A DNA stretch of 64,000 nt from Amphiscolops sp. MND2022 (GCA_964187785.1 OZ076409.1:13146001-13210000); one strand, 5' to 3'; numbered from the stretch's first letter, positions 12,643 to 25,336 are shown. Notes: generated from the letters alone by a model not told the origin. A program made the numbers and translations.

Positions 12643-15600
12643 TGGCGCAGTCAGAGTAACGATTAAGGTTAGTTCAAAAAAACATAAACTCGACAAAACG
12701 ATATGGAACGGAACACAGAAACTTACCATTACAATACTTGAAAAACAAGACCAAACCAATGCAAACATGCGGTGGCCGAATTTTGTACCATACAAAAAGA
12801 TTACAAAGGACATCGACTTCTCAACCATGAAAAACAGCAACGAAATACTGCCACGATACCGTGATCAACTGGAGAAAATAAAAGACATATTTTTGGGCGA
12901 TCGGAAAAAAGCCATTGCGCAAATGACACAAAAGATCAGAGGAGAACCGAGTCAACTACAACTTTACAGAATATGCACATTGTTTTGCGTACATTTCACT
13001 CCAGAAAAAATTTTACAACATAACAGCTGATTTTTTCGACCTCAAACGAGAAGACAGGGAATAAACCTCAGACGTCTGGAAACGGATCCTAGAAAAGGAA
13101 AACGACTGCGAGTTTGATGCAATAGCTGGAGTTGAACTTCTGGGGTCAAAATTTCTATTCCTCATGAGAATTTCTACCGGTGACTATGATCCCAAAAAAA
13201 TAGAAAAAACTACTTGTCGGTGGAAGCAATAACCGACGAAATACACGAATATATGTTTGCAAAACTAAACGACTCACCGAAACCGAAGAGGAAAAAAGAT
13301 TCGCTACCTCAATCAATTAAAAAACTAGTTGACAAACTAACGAAATTCAAGATGGTTCGCCAAAAGTGTTCACAATAACAAGAAGGTCCGCCCGGGGGGA
13401 AAGAAACGTGCGAAGTGCGGGGGAAAAAGGTCTTTTCTCAAAAAGTTGCAGGTACAGTAAAATAGCGTAAACCACGTAGAGGAAGTAAAAAGACAGCCGC
13501 GGGGGAGAAGACGACTGGTCACCGGGCAGCTTCCATTCGATAACACAGAAGAGCCATTCAACACGCTCAACAAAAAATACAAGTGTCCGGAATTCTTCAC
13601 AGTTACCACATTGGTCAACCGCCAGGCAATCAAATTCAACATAGACAGCGGTCGGTTCATTGGTAACTTTATTACCGATGTCGCATTTTAAGACAATATC
13701 ACCATTACGCCTACTGGAAACGACAACCGGATCAACTTGAAGGAAAAACACTGGCAAAAATCGAAATCGACGAAAAACAGAAACGTCTGGAAGTTCTGGT
13801 AATAACAAAGAAAATAAATCCCTTACCAGGCTTGCACTGATTGAAGAAGCGAGGGATAACACAGGATACCGCTACTCCAGATACAAAAAATTAAACATGT
13901 GAAAAAAGACCCAGATATAAAAACGCTAAAACACTGAAACAGAAATTGAAAAAATTGTTCTACTAAAACCACAAATTAAAGGATTGGAAGTAAAAGTACA
14001 ATTGAAGGAAGATGCAATATTCAAACAACAAAAAAGAAGACAACGATCCGTCGATAGGAAAATAGAAACGCTGAAGACACACACACGGCCATATTGGAAA
14101 AGCGAATACCATTGATAGAAAATCCTTGGTAAATCCGGCCGCCATCAGAATAAAAAAAGAATTGGTGAAAATTACACAAGACTCACGCGAAATAGCTAGC
14201 CGAAATTACTGTGACGAGAAACGCTCAAAAGCCAAATATGGAAGAGCCAGTTTCGAGAATGTCAGGACGAATCGCAGACAGCCCGGCAGACGAAATAAAG
14301 ATCTCTTAATGTGATTTGGACTATGAATAGGGCCAAAGTTTTTCATCGAGAGAAGCCCGAAACTTATGAATGTTTGCCGTAACCAGTGTCTTCACTGGGT
14401 ATTACCGTTCCCTTGAGGCTTGGACAGCTTTGCGAACATACCGACAATCTTCCAAACAAATCACCAACCACTGGACAATAAACACCTAGCATGGTTTAGA
14501 CGGCATATTGGTGGGAAAATAGGCTCAAAAGAACAACATGAAAAACTACTTGTTGTTTTAACCGTGCTGGAAACCTCAGATAAAGATTGAGCGAAAGCGA
14601 ATCCAAAAATTTCAGATCGGGGATTGAATGGATCGGTCACAGTTTTGACCAGAACGGCCGCTACAAGACAAGTTATTGGCGACAAAAAACTGAGAAGGCT
14701 CAAAAACGAAAAAGAACACATGTCGTTTTTTGAGGCCATTCAATACCTATCCAAATTCATTGATAATCCCGGAACACAACCACTGAAGAAAAAAACGAAT
14801 GGAAATGGACGGAAGAGCACATAAAAGTTTTTGAAAATTTTCAACAAAAAAGACGGCAATACCGTGTCTGCTCACTAAATTCAAAGTACCTGAAGGTCAA
14901 ACCAATCGACGCCACTACAAAAAGCCTTGGTGAAACTTTACAGCATGAACTGTCTCATCCACTGAATCGACCGACTTGATAAGGAGATGGTGAGAAATTG
15001 TTAAACCCGGTGTTTATCGAATGACCGTGGGGAAGGTGGAAGCGATACCACAAGCCAGGAAGCTTGCGGAACTGAAGAAAAGTAATCCAAAAACGATTAC
15101 AGCAAATTAGCAGGAACCGCGGTCGATGAGACTCACGATAACGACGTGGCTCACAACAGCGCGGCTTTCAACCTTAATTAGGACGAGCGGAGCAATAGAA
15201 AGTCGACCCACTTGGGAAATGGATCAACCAACACCGGCTCAACGGAACCAAAACAACACCTGACCGGGGCCCTATACAGCCTCAAACAGTCAGGACCGCG
15301 ATATACCGATTCCCATGGAAGAAGAAGAGGTTGACTCCGAAACAGACCCATTAGTCTTGGAAGTGCCAGCGGTTAACTGGCCACAATACGTTGGGGTCAA
15401 AAGTGTTCGGCACGTGAAAACAATACACGCATAGAGAAGAGCAGCGGAGGAAGATAACAACTGGGACTTGGAACAGACCGTACGAGAAACCAAAGCGTTT
15501 TTCGCAACGGACTTGCAGCTGCTATTGACGGGAACCACCAATGATGCAAACTTGTAGAAGACACTGGTTTAGCTACAACGACAACAACTTGTGGTGTGGC

Positions 15601-17670
15601 TACAGAAGAAAAGACTATCCAGCAGTTTCGGTCTCGTCTTCCTAGAAGACACGATTATCGCCCAAAAAATCTCACAAGCACAATCTTTAGCTCTACATAA
15701 AAGCACCCCGCAATAAATAGACTGTCACTCGCAGCACGGCACTTTTGGTGGCCGAAGATGAGAGAGGCGATACCGAAAAATTGCGAGACATGCATCACCT
15801 GCAAAATATTGGCCGGTAAGATTGTTGAATCTAACATACCAAGCAGGACGAATTAACCTGCCGCCGATCAACGGTTTCTATTGGACGAGCCACAGAAGGT
15901 CACAGAAGCCAACGCCAATTTTAGTTTGTTACCTTATCAGCAGTTCTGTAAATGGCCGGCGGTGAGCTTTTACAAAACTACGGTCGGAGAAACAGCAGTA
16001 AAATTTGTTGAACGATATAATCAGTTGAACAGCACACCAAAAACAATCAGAACAAACGAAACCACCACTTTTACGGGCCGCCCTACCAACATTTTTTTAA
16101 AAGCATTATATCAAATTAGTACTCGCGACACCGTATAAACAAACACCCACAGGCCTAGTAGAACGAGAAGTTAGAACATTGAACCAACGTCTCCTGACCA
16201 TTATCAATGCAGGCGAAAGATTCGGTTAAGGCCTTGGACATGTTGTTGGAGCTAATGAGAAAAACACAGCATACGATGCTATGAGGATCTGCATTTGAAC
16301 TTCACTACGGTCGACAACCAAATCTACTGCTAGTTGTTTTTTATCCGAATATGCACTTCCAAATTTAGATTCCTGGTGTTTTTTTCTAAAAAGAGGTAAG
16401 GATATTTACTGACTCCTGTGAAATTTTAGGTCAGACTCCTTTGCCAGAAACACCGCCAGCTCCACTGATTGAGTATACATGTTAGGTATCGGTTTTCGCT
16501 GAAACGGAACTTTCTGGTGGGTTTTCTAAAACATCGAACTTCAACAGGTTGCTTATCTCCGTCGGGCACAAAGAACACTCCAAACGGAAAGATGTTTTAT
16601 AGGAATTGTATTAAGAAACCAATTGCTGAATTTACACAGGAATGCAGCATTAGAGGGGCCGTTTCCCGGGGACAGAGCCGATTTACAAAATAACCATCAA
16701 AACAGCAGGAGATAACCGCAAGCGAATCGGACAACGAACCAGACACGCCACCAATGGAACCGAAAAGTCCCAGCAATCCGAAGCAAATAGACAACACCAC
16801 TGTCAAGAAGAGCACATCCAGTCGAGAAAGACTGAGGCTGCTAAGAGACCGGCTCAGCTCAAACTCCTCTCTAAGTTCGTCGGGAAAACACAAGTACTGA
16901 AATAGAGCACTCGCCCGTTGACGATCGTTACCGCCCAAAAAATGACACTGAGATAGACCGTGCCATAGACGCGCCGTCATAGAACTCATAATTGGAGACA
17001 AAACGGTACGTTAATCAAAAATTTCAATCCACACCCTAACAGAGGGGAAAGAAACAGTCTAGAAATCTCCGAACTAGAACTAGCAAGCAACCTGAGCTCA
17101 TGTCCTGAGCTAGAAAGTGACCTTAAAACATGAAGAAAAAACTGTACGCATATCCAAAAAAGTGACAAAAACTAATCCGGTCGTTAGATTTGATACCCAA
17201 TATGTCATGATTACAGGAAACACGGTAACAATACTGAACTCGAAAGCCACACTGTGTCAACTGGACATAGAGCTGCGATGGAAGACCAGCAGCGATGAAA
17301 GATTCATCAACAAACAGCAACCAGAAGTTACGCCAAAATCCACACCAAGGCAATAACAAAAGCGTTGAACGGTTACCTGTCTACGAAACAATGGATCAGT
17401 GGAGGAACAACCGCCACAGGGAACATCAACATAACCCCATTGGCCGAACATCAACCAATAGTAGAGGTGGAATGTAGAGGATGACTCAGGCTGCTTAAAA
17501 ATTCTTTAGTCAGCATTTGGTAATCGTTGTTTTATCGGTACCTGGTAACTAAGTACAGATGAAGAGGCAGCTTAATCATTTTGAATTAAAAAACAAGAGC
17601 AATTTATTTTGATGATTGGATTCCTTTTATATAACAATACAGAATACAACACACTGCTTCACCTGTTACA
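12643..17670 (+). mobile_element. Decayed Ty3/Gypsy retrotransposon (gag-PR-RT-RH-IN order) with probable short 3' LTR
   Basis: PBS-like TGGCGCAGTC at 12643, protease-like FNIDSG about 13640, integrase Zn finger RHFWWPKM..CETCITC about 15740-15802, core KWP..PKTIRTN..FTG and GLVER. PPT-like AGAGGTGGAA then TGTAGAGG at 17473 to ...TTACA at 17670. Confidence 0.8.
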
Positions 17671-19976
17671 TTCTCCAAAAAGTGAAAAAGATGAGTGAAC
17701 TTAGAGAAATGCGTGCCATGAGTATTTCGTAAATTGAGAAAATCACATTTGAATTAGATCGTAAATTTCTATACTTCCGTTTTGTAGCAGAAACACCTAC
17801 TTCTTAATAACACCTATACCTTACCATAGCTATCAGGAATATGCGAGACGTTTTGTTGCGTATTCCCGCATTGTTTTATCTTTTGATTTTCCGCAATCGT
17901 AACTGCATACTTTAGAAATTTAAATTTTGATGCCTAAAAGTTTCAACTGCGTTTTTCTCAAGAGTTGACTCTAATTTTTTTTAAAAACGCGGTTACAAGT
18001 TTGTTGTTTCATGAGCTGTTTTTGTCATCGGTACGCCTCGTTTTTAAACTACCCCACTCCCCATTCTATCACCTGAGCAATGCAAGCCAACAGAAACACA
18101 TTTTCAGTAGTTTTTGAGCTTGACTAATTGAATGAACACATTTTAAAACCATACTAACTTTTTTCTAACAAGAAATGTTATGATGTTAGTCATTTTGGTA
18201 AACATGAATTTGCATATTTTTCTCCATATTAAATTACGTTAAGCTGTATATTTTGTGGAAAAAAACGCAATATTCTCACAGTCATGGTATAGACCAACAA
18301 ACAACTATTTAAGCAGTAGTACTAAAATGTGATATGTAGATGGGTACTTTATCTAAGCGTTACAGTTGCCAAAACGTCACTTCTAATTTCTCGGAACATC
18401 GTTTTATGAGTCACAGAGAACAAATAAGAAAGTAACATTTCAAGTCAATGCAACACAAATCTTTAATTACCGTCTGCTGCATATTGGTAAAACCATAGCT
18501 TACCAACTGTAACTGAGCCGTCAGATATTCGAATTATGGCAGCTGCTAATTCCAGACCTCTTTGCTCCTTTAAAAAATAACGAAGACAATTCCAATTTAG
18601 GTGGTTTGAAAAGTCCTGAGGTTAGCAATATTTTCATTTTCCACCCAAACTTCACGGAGAAGGAACGAAACACATTCGATAATAGACTGGTCTGTGGTGG
18701 CTTTGTGTCGTCTTGAATATCAAGCGGGTGCCAACTTTCGCCGTTCCCGGCGTGTTGATTGTTTCGCATTAGAAACACTTTTTATAGGAGCGAAACAAAA
18801 GAATGTGAAGAATTTATTTGCTTAGATCACTAGAAATTTCGTTTTCGTTACCTTTTACGAAACGATATCGCATTTTAGCTTATCTATTAGGAATCATCTA
18901 TTGTTAAATGTGCAATAATTGGTATTTATTATGTACTTTTAAATATGGTTTTGAGAGAAATACTTCACTAACGAAATTTCAACAACTCGTCGAAAATCCT
19001 CTAAAATCACAGACATTCAAAAACGTTACATATTGAAACCGGATCTTTTCTGTTAATTTCTCGAGAGTTGGTGGGTAAAATAGGCCAGGACTGGAAAAAG
19101 GCGTCTTGATGAGTTGATTGAATACAATTAACTTTTTGACTCAATTTCGGTGTCTTTTTAGGATCTCATTTTATTAATTGAAAAAAAGAGTAATTGAGAT
19201 GGTGAACGCCGTTAATTCTAATCAATACGAAATTTTCGACGACGAAATTTCTGGATTTGGTAAAACGACATTTCTGACGACGAAACTTCTAGCGACGAAA
19301 TTTCCGCCACCTTCTGCATGCAAGACAGCAATAGACACGCATCCCAAACTGTAAGTTATCATATAAAATGCCTACAATAATTCGAAACTCCGTTTTCATT
19401 CATCAAATGGGTTTCATTGTTCAGGAGATTTGGTAGAGAAACATAATCCATGACTTGATTTCTCCGGCGAATTCTATTAGCTGAATTGGCTTTTTTCCGG
19501 TGGCTCTTTGAAAGTCTGCATATCGTACGACTGCATGACTGCAATATTTTATGCTAACCATGTGAGCGAATGGGTAATGTCATCGTGGACTCACCAACAA
19601 TCTATTTGAGGTTTGCTCAACTGAAAACCTCTCAAGAAACGAAAATTGAGAAATAGAATTTTGGGAAAGTTTTTTGGATTTTTCCTTTAAAAAGGTCCCC
19701 GGCAAATCGCATAGTGCCAGAAACCCTAAGGAGTCCTCTATGCTCGCAAAACGTTTTTTAAAGTAAAAATCGAGGGGGGTTAGATGAAAACAGTTTAGAA
19801 AAAAGTCGCATAGTACCGAAAAAACGCCGTTTAAAAAATCGGATACAGCGCAATAGTTTTGAACCTCCGCTTCCTCCTTAGTGAAACCCAATATTTTTTG
19901 GATAAAACGTCAAAATTTTAGATAGAGGGCAATTTTTTCGAACCTCGACTCGACCACCCCTTTAATGAAACGAAAC

Positions 19977-21829
19977 TGTGGAAATTTTAGTTTTAGGCGT
20001 CTACGAAAACCCATTGCTTTTGCGCGAAGTACATACGCTAGGCAGAACTATGTTAATCATGTTTTTAGACCGTCGTAATAGTGAAAACAGCTGAACAGGC
20101 TGACAATAGCATGCTTCGATATGGCTTATTTGGCAACCTAGGTATTTACTTAGTAAACGAAACTTCTTAGGTAGAATTAACGAGCTAGTGAGTGACGTCA
20201 GTGATGAAGTAATTCGAATCGACTAAGTCGGAGTCGATCCCTGAGAGCGAATTTTGCTAAGTCCTGCTTAAGAGCAAAAAGATTCTAAGATACACTATGA
20301 AAAACCAAACATCACAAATCTTTAAACCCCCCCCAAACGGTTTTTCTCAAAGACTATTTATCGTAGAGACCTAAATTTTGGCACACGTATACCTGAGCTG
20401 TTATGCTACCGATCTTTGAAAACGGAACCGAGCCGCGGCCCCTCAGTCCCGGGCTATTAGCACCGGAAGTGTAAGAATTTCGGAACCCTACGACGCGTGT
20501 AGGAGCGGCATGGACCCTAAGTGAATAAACTTCGAATGTTATGTAAATAGCCACCGGATGACCCTAAGATCATGAAACTTACCCAAGATGTTCACCTAAT
20601 AACCCTAAGTAATATACATGAAAGATACATTAATCGGTCCACCACGCGCGGAATAATGTTTGTTTAAGGCACGCGGGACCGGACGCGCGGGCCCGACCGA
20701 TAAAAGACCTTTGACCTTGGCTTGTAATACCTCAAACGAACCGGAATGATGAATGTAAGCGATTAATAACGTGAAGGGAACCATATTTGTAACCCATGCG
20801 GGGGTAACCGCCTTAAGTAAACAAACGATACGCATATCATGTAACTCGAAGACCATTGACCCTAGGACGATATAACTTGGCATGTGGCAACATTGGATGA
20901 GGGCAATTAACTTCAAGGTCACAGATGGACCTCAAGGTCATCCTGGATGCAACCTAGACACATAAAGAGAAACTTATGATAAAACATGTAAATCAGCGTC
21001 TTTGCGTGATAATTTATGCATTACAGCCAGGCGGAACGATTCGCGATGCATTACGCCCAAAAGGACGGAAAAGTAACCCTCACACGTAGAGAGCATGTAA
21101 ACCATGTAACTGAAGGTCATTAAACGATTGGCTCGATATTGGAAAAATCTTGGTTGACTTGAATTATTATTGAAATGTGAACTTTGTACAACCTTTGTTG
21201 AAGTATTTGTCGTTGGCGGCGAAGTATGTCTGGCCGAAACAGAACTAAGGCGCTGCCATACCATAAAAGGAATGAAACTACATGAAGTCAAAAGCATGCA
21301 AATAAAAGAGCGACATCGGTACAACAAAAATGCGGCTGATGGATAAATATCTCAGGGAGGGAAAAAGAGACCGAATTGAGACAGAAGAACGATTACGAAG
21401 TTAAGAGTAAGTTGAGCCGCGTGCGGGCAAGAAACCTACTCGAGATCGAATTTGACTTAACTGCTTCGTGAGAGCAGCGAATAAGTTACAAGTCCGGGAC
21501 TTGGAAATCTTTGAGTGAATCGTGATTTTGGCACAGTCTTGTCGAGTTATTGTATATAATTCATTCACCTGCTGGGCTATTGTTATTTGATTGAGAGTTT
21601 GTATACTGTGGAAACCTTCGACTTGTTATATCCAGATAACTCCTGAATTAGAGTTTTAACTGCAAGTAACTTTTCCATAGCATTTTTGGAGTCGAAACTT
21701 GAGCACTGGAGAGACTTTGTGAAAAGAGTACGCGATACGTGAACGAAACTTACTCACCAAAAACAAAACCTTTCTGTTAGAATCGAGCCATTGGGATCTC
21801 TCTCCAACCCACTAGCAAAAATTTCTACA
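19977..21829 (+). repeat. 5' LTR (1853 bp)
   Basis: TG...CA ends with a 12-bp imperfect terminal inverted repeat. Colinear with 26719-28374. Confidence 0.97.
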
Positions 21830-21830
21830 G

Positions 21831-21848
21831 TGGCGCTCCTGGGTGGGC
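21831..21848 (+). promoter_or_regulatory. Primer binding site, probably tRNA-Asn
   Basis: TGGCGCTCCTGGGTGGGC lies 1 nt after the LTR end. It is complementary to a tRNA 3' end ...GCCCACCCAGGAGCG-CCA, which resembles animal tRNA-Asn(GTT). Confidence 0.8.
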
Positions 21849-22031
21849 AATTTTCGTAATTCTGTATCGCTGTTATTTTGGAATTGTTTTACTGGGACTG
21901 TAATCCCTTGACGACGCGATCAAAACAAGCACATTATCTGATGAGGTTGATCGACTGAGAACGTTTTCGTACAACAGAACAAAGAGGTATCTCTATTGCA
22001 ACTAGTTGGTGCCTGAAGTAACGCCGTGGGT

Positions 22032-23816
22032 ATGGAAGACGAACAGCGACTTGCAATAATGGAGGCTGTCGCCCAAGGGGTGATACAGGGCCTCAACGGG
22101 AATGAGAATCGGCTGTTTGGCAATGGAGCAATCAGACCTGACAGCTTCCCCTCGCAGAACTATCCAGATTGGTCCCAATGGAAAACGCACTTTTACAGAG
22201 TTGGCAGAGCCAACGGATGGACTGAGTTGCAAGGTCTGCAAGCTGTGCCTGTGTGCTTGATTGGGTACGCATTAGACGAGTACAACGCTGCGCCTCGAGA
22301 ACTGAGAGAGCAAGTGGATGGGGAAGATGCACCTACGTTAGCTGCACTATTCAATCACCTGGGTAGAGAAATGGGGATGATGCGAAACGACCGTCTGGGG
22401 AAAGCAGAATTTAGAAAACTTCGACAACAACCAGAGGAAACCCTGAGGGAATTTGCCGGACGAGTGAGAAACATTGGAAAGATTGCCTACTCGGAGAAGG
22501 ACCCAAACACGAGAGACGAGTTGTTTCGGGAGAAGTTTCTCGAGGGTTTGAGCGATGTACAACTGGAAGTTCAGTTGTTGAAAGAAAACCCACAAACATT
22601 TGGGGATCTAGTGAACAGGGCCGTTGACTTGGAAGTTATTGCTCGAACAACACGTGGCCGTTCACGGAATGAACAAGAGAGGTACGAAGAGTTTGGAAGG
22701 CAGCAAGACTCAAGTTGTGAGTTCCGTGGTTATTCACCCGAACCGTGGAAAGAGGGGAAACACCAGCTCACAAGAAGAATGGACCAGATGACACAGATGA
22801 TGATGACGTTCATGGAAACTCTGTCAACAACTGTGAGGCCTGAGAAGCAGGCTGGGATGACAGACCCACCCAAACGTGAGGCCACCCTTGTGGCGACCGA
22901 ACAAAAATTCAAGGGGAATGGCGGGTTTGTAGCCGATATCTGCCCTGTTTGCGATGGTTTTGGACATTTTCCCCAGCAATGCCCCAAACGGCAGGTGATG
23001 GTCGAAGACGCTCCTGAGGTGCACGGGAAGTTGACAAGAGAGAAAGCTGCACAAATTGTTGAGAGGGCCGGCTTAGCAATTGAAAGAAAGGCGCTGAACG
23101 CTGTGTGTGTGGTAGACTGTTCTGGTTATAACAGCGGTGTTTTTGTGAAAGCCCGAATTGAGGGAAGAGAGATGGACATTTTGTTGGACACGGGAGCTGG
23201 CGTGAACGTGGTGGACTCAAGTACAATGGAATCGCTTAGACCCCCTGATGAGGTCAAAGAATTATGTGGAGAGTTGCGGTCTGTAGACGGTCAACCAGTG
23301 ACGACTAAAGGATTAACCCGACTGAATTTGCAGCTGGGACCCATGAAGGAGCAGGAAGAATTTGTGGTGGTTCCCCACTGCAAGCCATCAGTTATTCTAG
23401 GCTTGAACTTCGTGAAAAAGCATAGAATGATTTTTGACTTTGGGAAAGACGAACTGTCCATACCTCTTCTGTCCTCAGAACCGCTGACATTGAGAGTTGT
23501 TGCACAGCAATGGGGCGAAGACGGAGGAAGTTGTTACCAGCGGAGCACCAGTGACAGCCGTGAAAGCGCGGAGACTGAACTCTCACGGTCGACATCCTCC
23601 ACTCAGAACTTGCGCGTTCCCGACAGCAAGAACAGCAAGAATCCAAGATGGGATTCCGGAGAGAAACCGCCACCAAGGCGATGGGATGCAATGATAGTGG
23701 ACACAGATGCTGATTTCCGCATGGTATCGACAACAGTCTCAGAACAGGAGCGATGGCAGCGGATGCTCCATCGTTACTACCCTGAAACCTCAACAGGTGA
23801 CCCTTTTTGGCAATGA
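22032..23816 (+). CDS. gag: Gag-protease polyprotein (capsid-like region, CCHC zinc knuckle, retropepsin)
   Basis: Uninterrupted ORF, first ATG at 22032. Gag-like motifs DWSQWKTHF..ANGW and LRQQPEETLREFAGRV, knuckle CPVCDGFGHFPQQC (CX2CX4HX4C), protease LLDTGAG and VILGLNF. Confidence 0.93.
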   Translation: MEDEQRLAIMEAVAQGVIQGLNGNENRLFGNGAIRPDSFPSQNYPDWSQWKTHFYRVGRANGWTELQGLQAVPVCLIGYALDEYNAAPRELREQVDGEDAPTLAALFNHLGREMGMMRNDRLGKAEFRKLRQQPEETLREFAGRVRNIGKIAYSEKDPNTRDELFREKFLEGLSDVQLEVQLLKENPQTFGDLVNRAVDLEVIARTTRGRSRNEQERYEEFGRQQDSSCEFRGYSPEPWKEGKHQLTRRMDQMTQMMMTFMETLSTTVRPEKQAGMTDPPKREATLVATEQKFKGNGGFVADICPVCDGFGHFPQQCPKRQVMVEDAPEVHGKLTREKAAQIVERAGLAIERKALNAVCVVDCSGYNSGVFVKARIEGREMDILLDTGAGVNVVDSSTMESLRPPDEVKELCGELRSVDGQPVTTKGLTRLNLQLGPMKEQEEFVVVPHCKPSVILGLNFVKKHRMIFDFGKDELSIPLLSSEPLTLRVVAQQWGEDGGSCYQRSTSDSRESAETELSRSTSSTQNLRVPDSKNSKNPRWDSGEKPPPRRWDAMIVDTDADFRMVSTTVSEQERWQRMLHRYYPETSTGDPFWQ

Positions 23817-24534
23817 TGACGTCGACGGAGGACGCGGAAACCTGAAGTACAAAGAGATCGAAGGAGATCTATTGTCGTCCAAAGGTTGTTTGGCTCACTG
23901 TGTTTCGGCAGATTTCCACATGGGGATCGGAGTCGCCAAGCAAGTCAAAACGAGGTATCCCACTACTTATCCGAAGGATGTCAACCACAAGAGACAGCCA
24001 GTTATTGCGCAGTGGATTGAAGGAGAACGTCGTTACGTGTATCACTTGGTCACCAAACAACGATACTTCGAGAAACCGACCTACGAATCCGTGAAAACGT
24101 CGCTGCAACAGATGAGAACCCACGCGGAGTGGTCTGGGGTCCACAGAATAGGCCTGCCGAGGATAGGCTGTGGGTTGGATAAACTGAATTGGAGTGAAAT
24201 ACGAAGCCTAATTAAAGACGTCTTCAAAGGGAGTCACGTAGCTATTACAGTGTATGTAGTCCCTCAGCAGATCCCGACTCCCAATTGCGAGACTGACGTC
24301 GAAGAAGTTGGAAGCAGAAGGGGAGAACGCCCTTCGCCGACACCTTCCAGCTCGGAGCACATTGACGACTGGTTCGACAGGAACCAACAATCAGAACTGG
24401 GAAAGTTCAAGGAGCGAGTGTTGCGGTCTCTCCGGCACAAGAGGAGCGAGAATGCAGGATTGTGGTCAGTCAAACGCGGAGCGGCTCAGCCGGATGCCAC
24501 TGGACCGTACAAACGTGAAAAGATGATGGCTTAA
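23707..24534 (+). CDS. TARG1/OARD1-like macrodomain protein (ADP-ribose glycohydrolase); domain about 23842-24261
   Basis: 275-aa ORF with EGDLL, LAHCVSADFHMGIGVA, RYVYHLVTK, KPTYE, LPRIGCGLDKLNW and ITVYV. These are colinear with human TARG1 motifs GDLF, LAHCISEDCRMGAGIA, RYIYYLITK, KPTYE, MPRIGCGLDRLQW and ITVYT. Confidence 0.9.
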   Translation: MLISAWYRQQSQNRSDGSGCSIVTTLKPQQVTLFGNDDVDGGRGNLKYKEIEGDLLSSKGCLAHCVSADFHMGIGVAKQVKTRYPTTYPKDVNHKRQPVIAQWIEGERRYVYHLVTKQRYFEKPTYESVKTSLQQMRTHAEWSGVHRIGLPRIGCGLDKLNWSEIRSLIKDVFKGSHVAITVYVVPQQIPTPNCETDVEEVGSRRGERPSPTPSSSEHIDDWFDRNQQSELGKFKERVLRSLRHKRSENAGLWSVKRGAAQPDATGPYKREKMMA

Positions 24535-25336
24535 AGAACAACTATCACTTCGGGAGATTGACGTGTCTTTGGTTAGATGTATTTGACCCGAAACTTCGAC
24601 TCGGCTTGACGACTTTACGAAACATAGTGAAACTTTCCTTAATTTTACGTTTTTTTGTTTTTGTTTTTTCTATAAATCAGGTATCGCGCCACCCGTGAAC
24701 ACCTGAAACCCCCCTGTGACGTTGTTTCGAAGCGAGCAGAAGGGAAGAAAGAATTCTGAATTAGCAGTGCTAGGTATTAGAATTTTGGGTATTACTAAAA
24801 CAACGGCGCCTCGAAACAATGCCACCCCCCCAAGGCTCAAGGCATGTTCTTGCGTATAATTTTCACGACCCAACGAAACCTGTTCCTGAGGATTCCCCCT
24901 TCCAAAGAAAGTATGTCTCTTCGACGAATTATGACCCCTGCCCCATGTTTTAATCGCCCTGAGACACTCTTCTATCGAAGCGGTGTTCCGCCTTGACTAT
25001 ATATTTTTTTATTATCTACGATCAATCGACCTCCCCTCCCTAAAATGACTACCCCGATTTAATGATGCGGTGCAAAATCAGTGTTTTGTACCTAGTGATG
25101 AATCGTAGCCCCCAGATTTGCTTTGATTTAATTTTGTGCAGTATTTTTTTTGTACATTCTTTGACCCCTGCACCCTTCTCTTTAAAGGGGGTCTAGAATA
25201 CTCGACCGAACCCTGAATCGTACTCGTTCGTAAGCATTAAAGAGGACTTTCTCAAATTAGAGGCAGAGCTATGAATACGGTATTTCAATTTTAACGTAGG
25301 AAGTCGATGATGACAGATGATGTTTATACGGATGAA

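Noticed and set aside
20354..21327. Minus-strand ORFs in the LTRs (and their copies at 27151-27872)
   Set aside because: They are repeated only because the LTRs are duplicated. No recognisable motifs, and one is altered by the 3' LTR indels.
22132..24526. Many short alternative-frame and antisense ORFs over gag and the macrodomain ORF
   Set aside because: Shadow ORFs of GC-richer coding sequence with no independent evidence.
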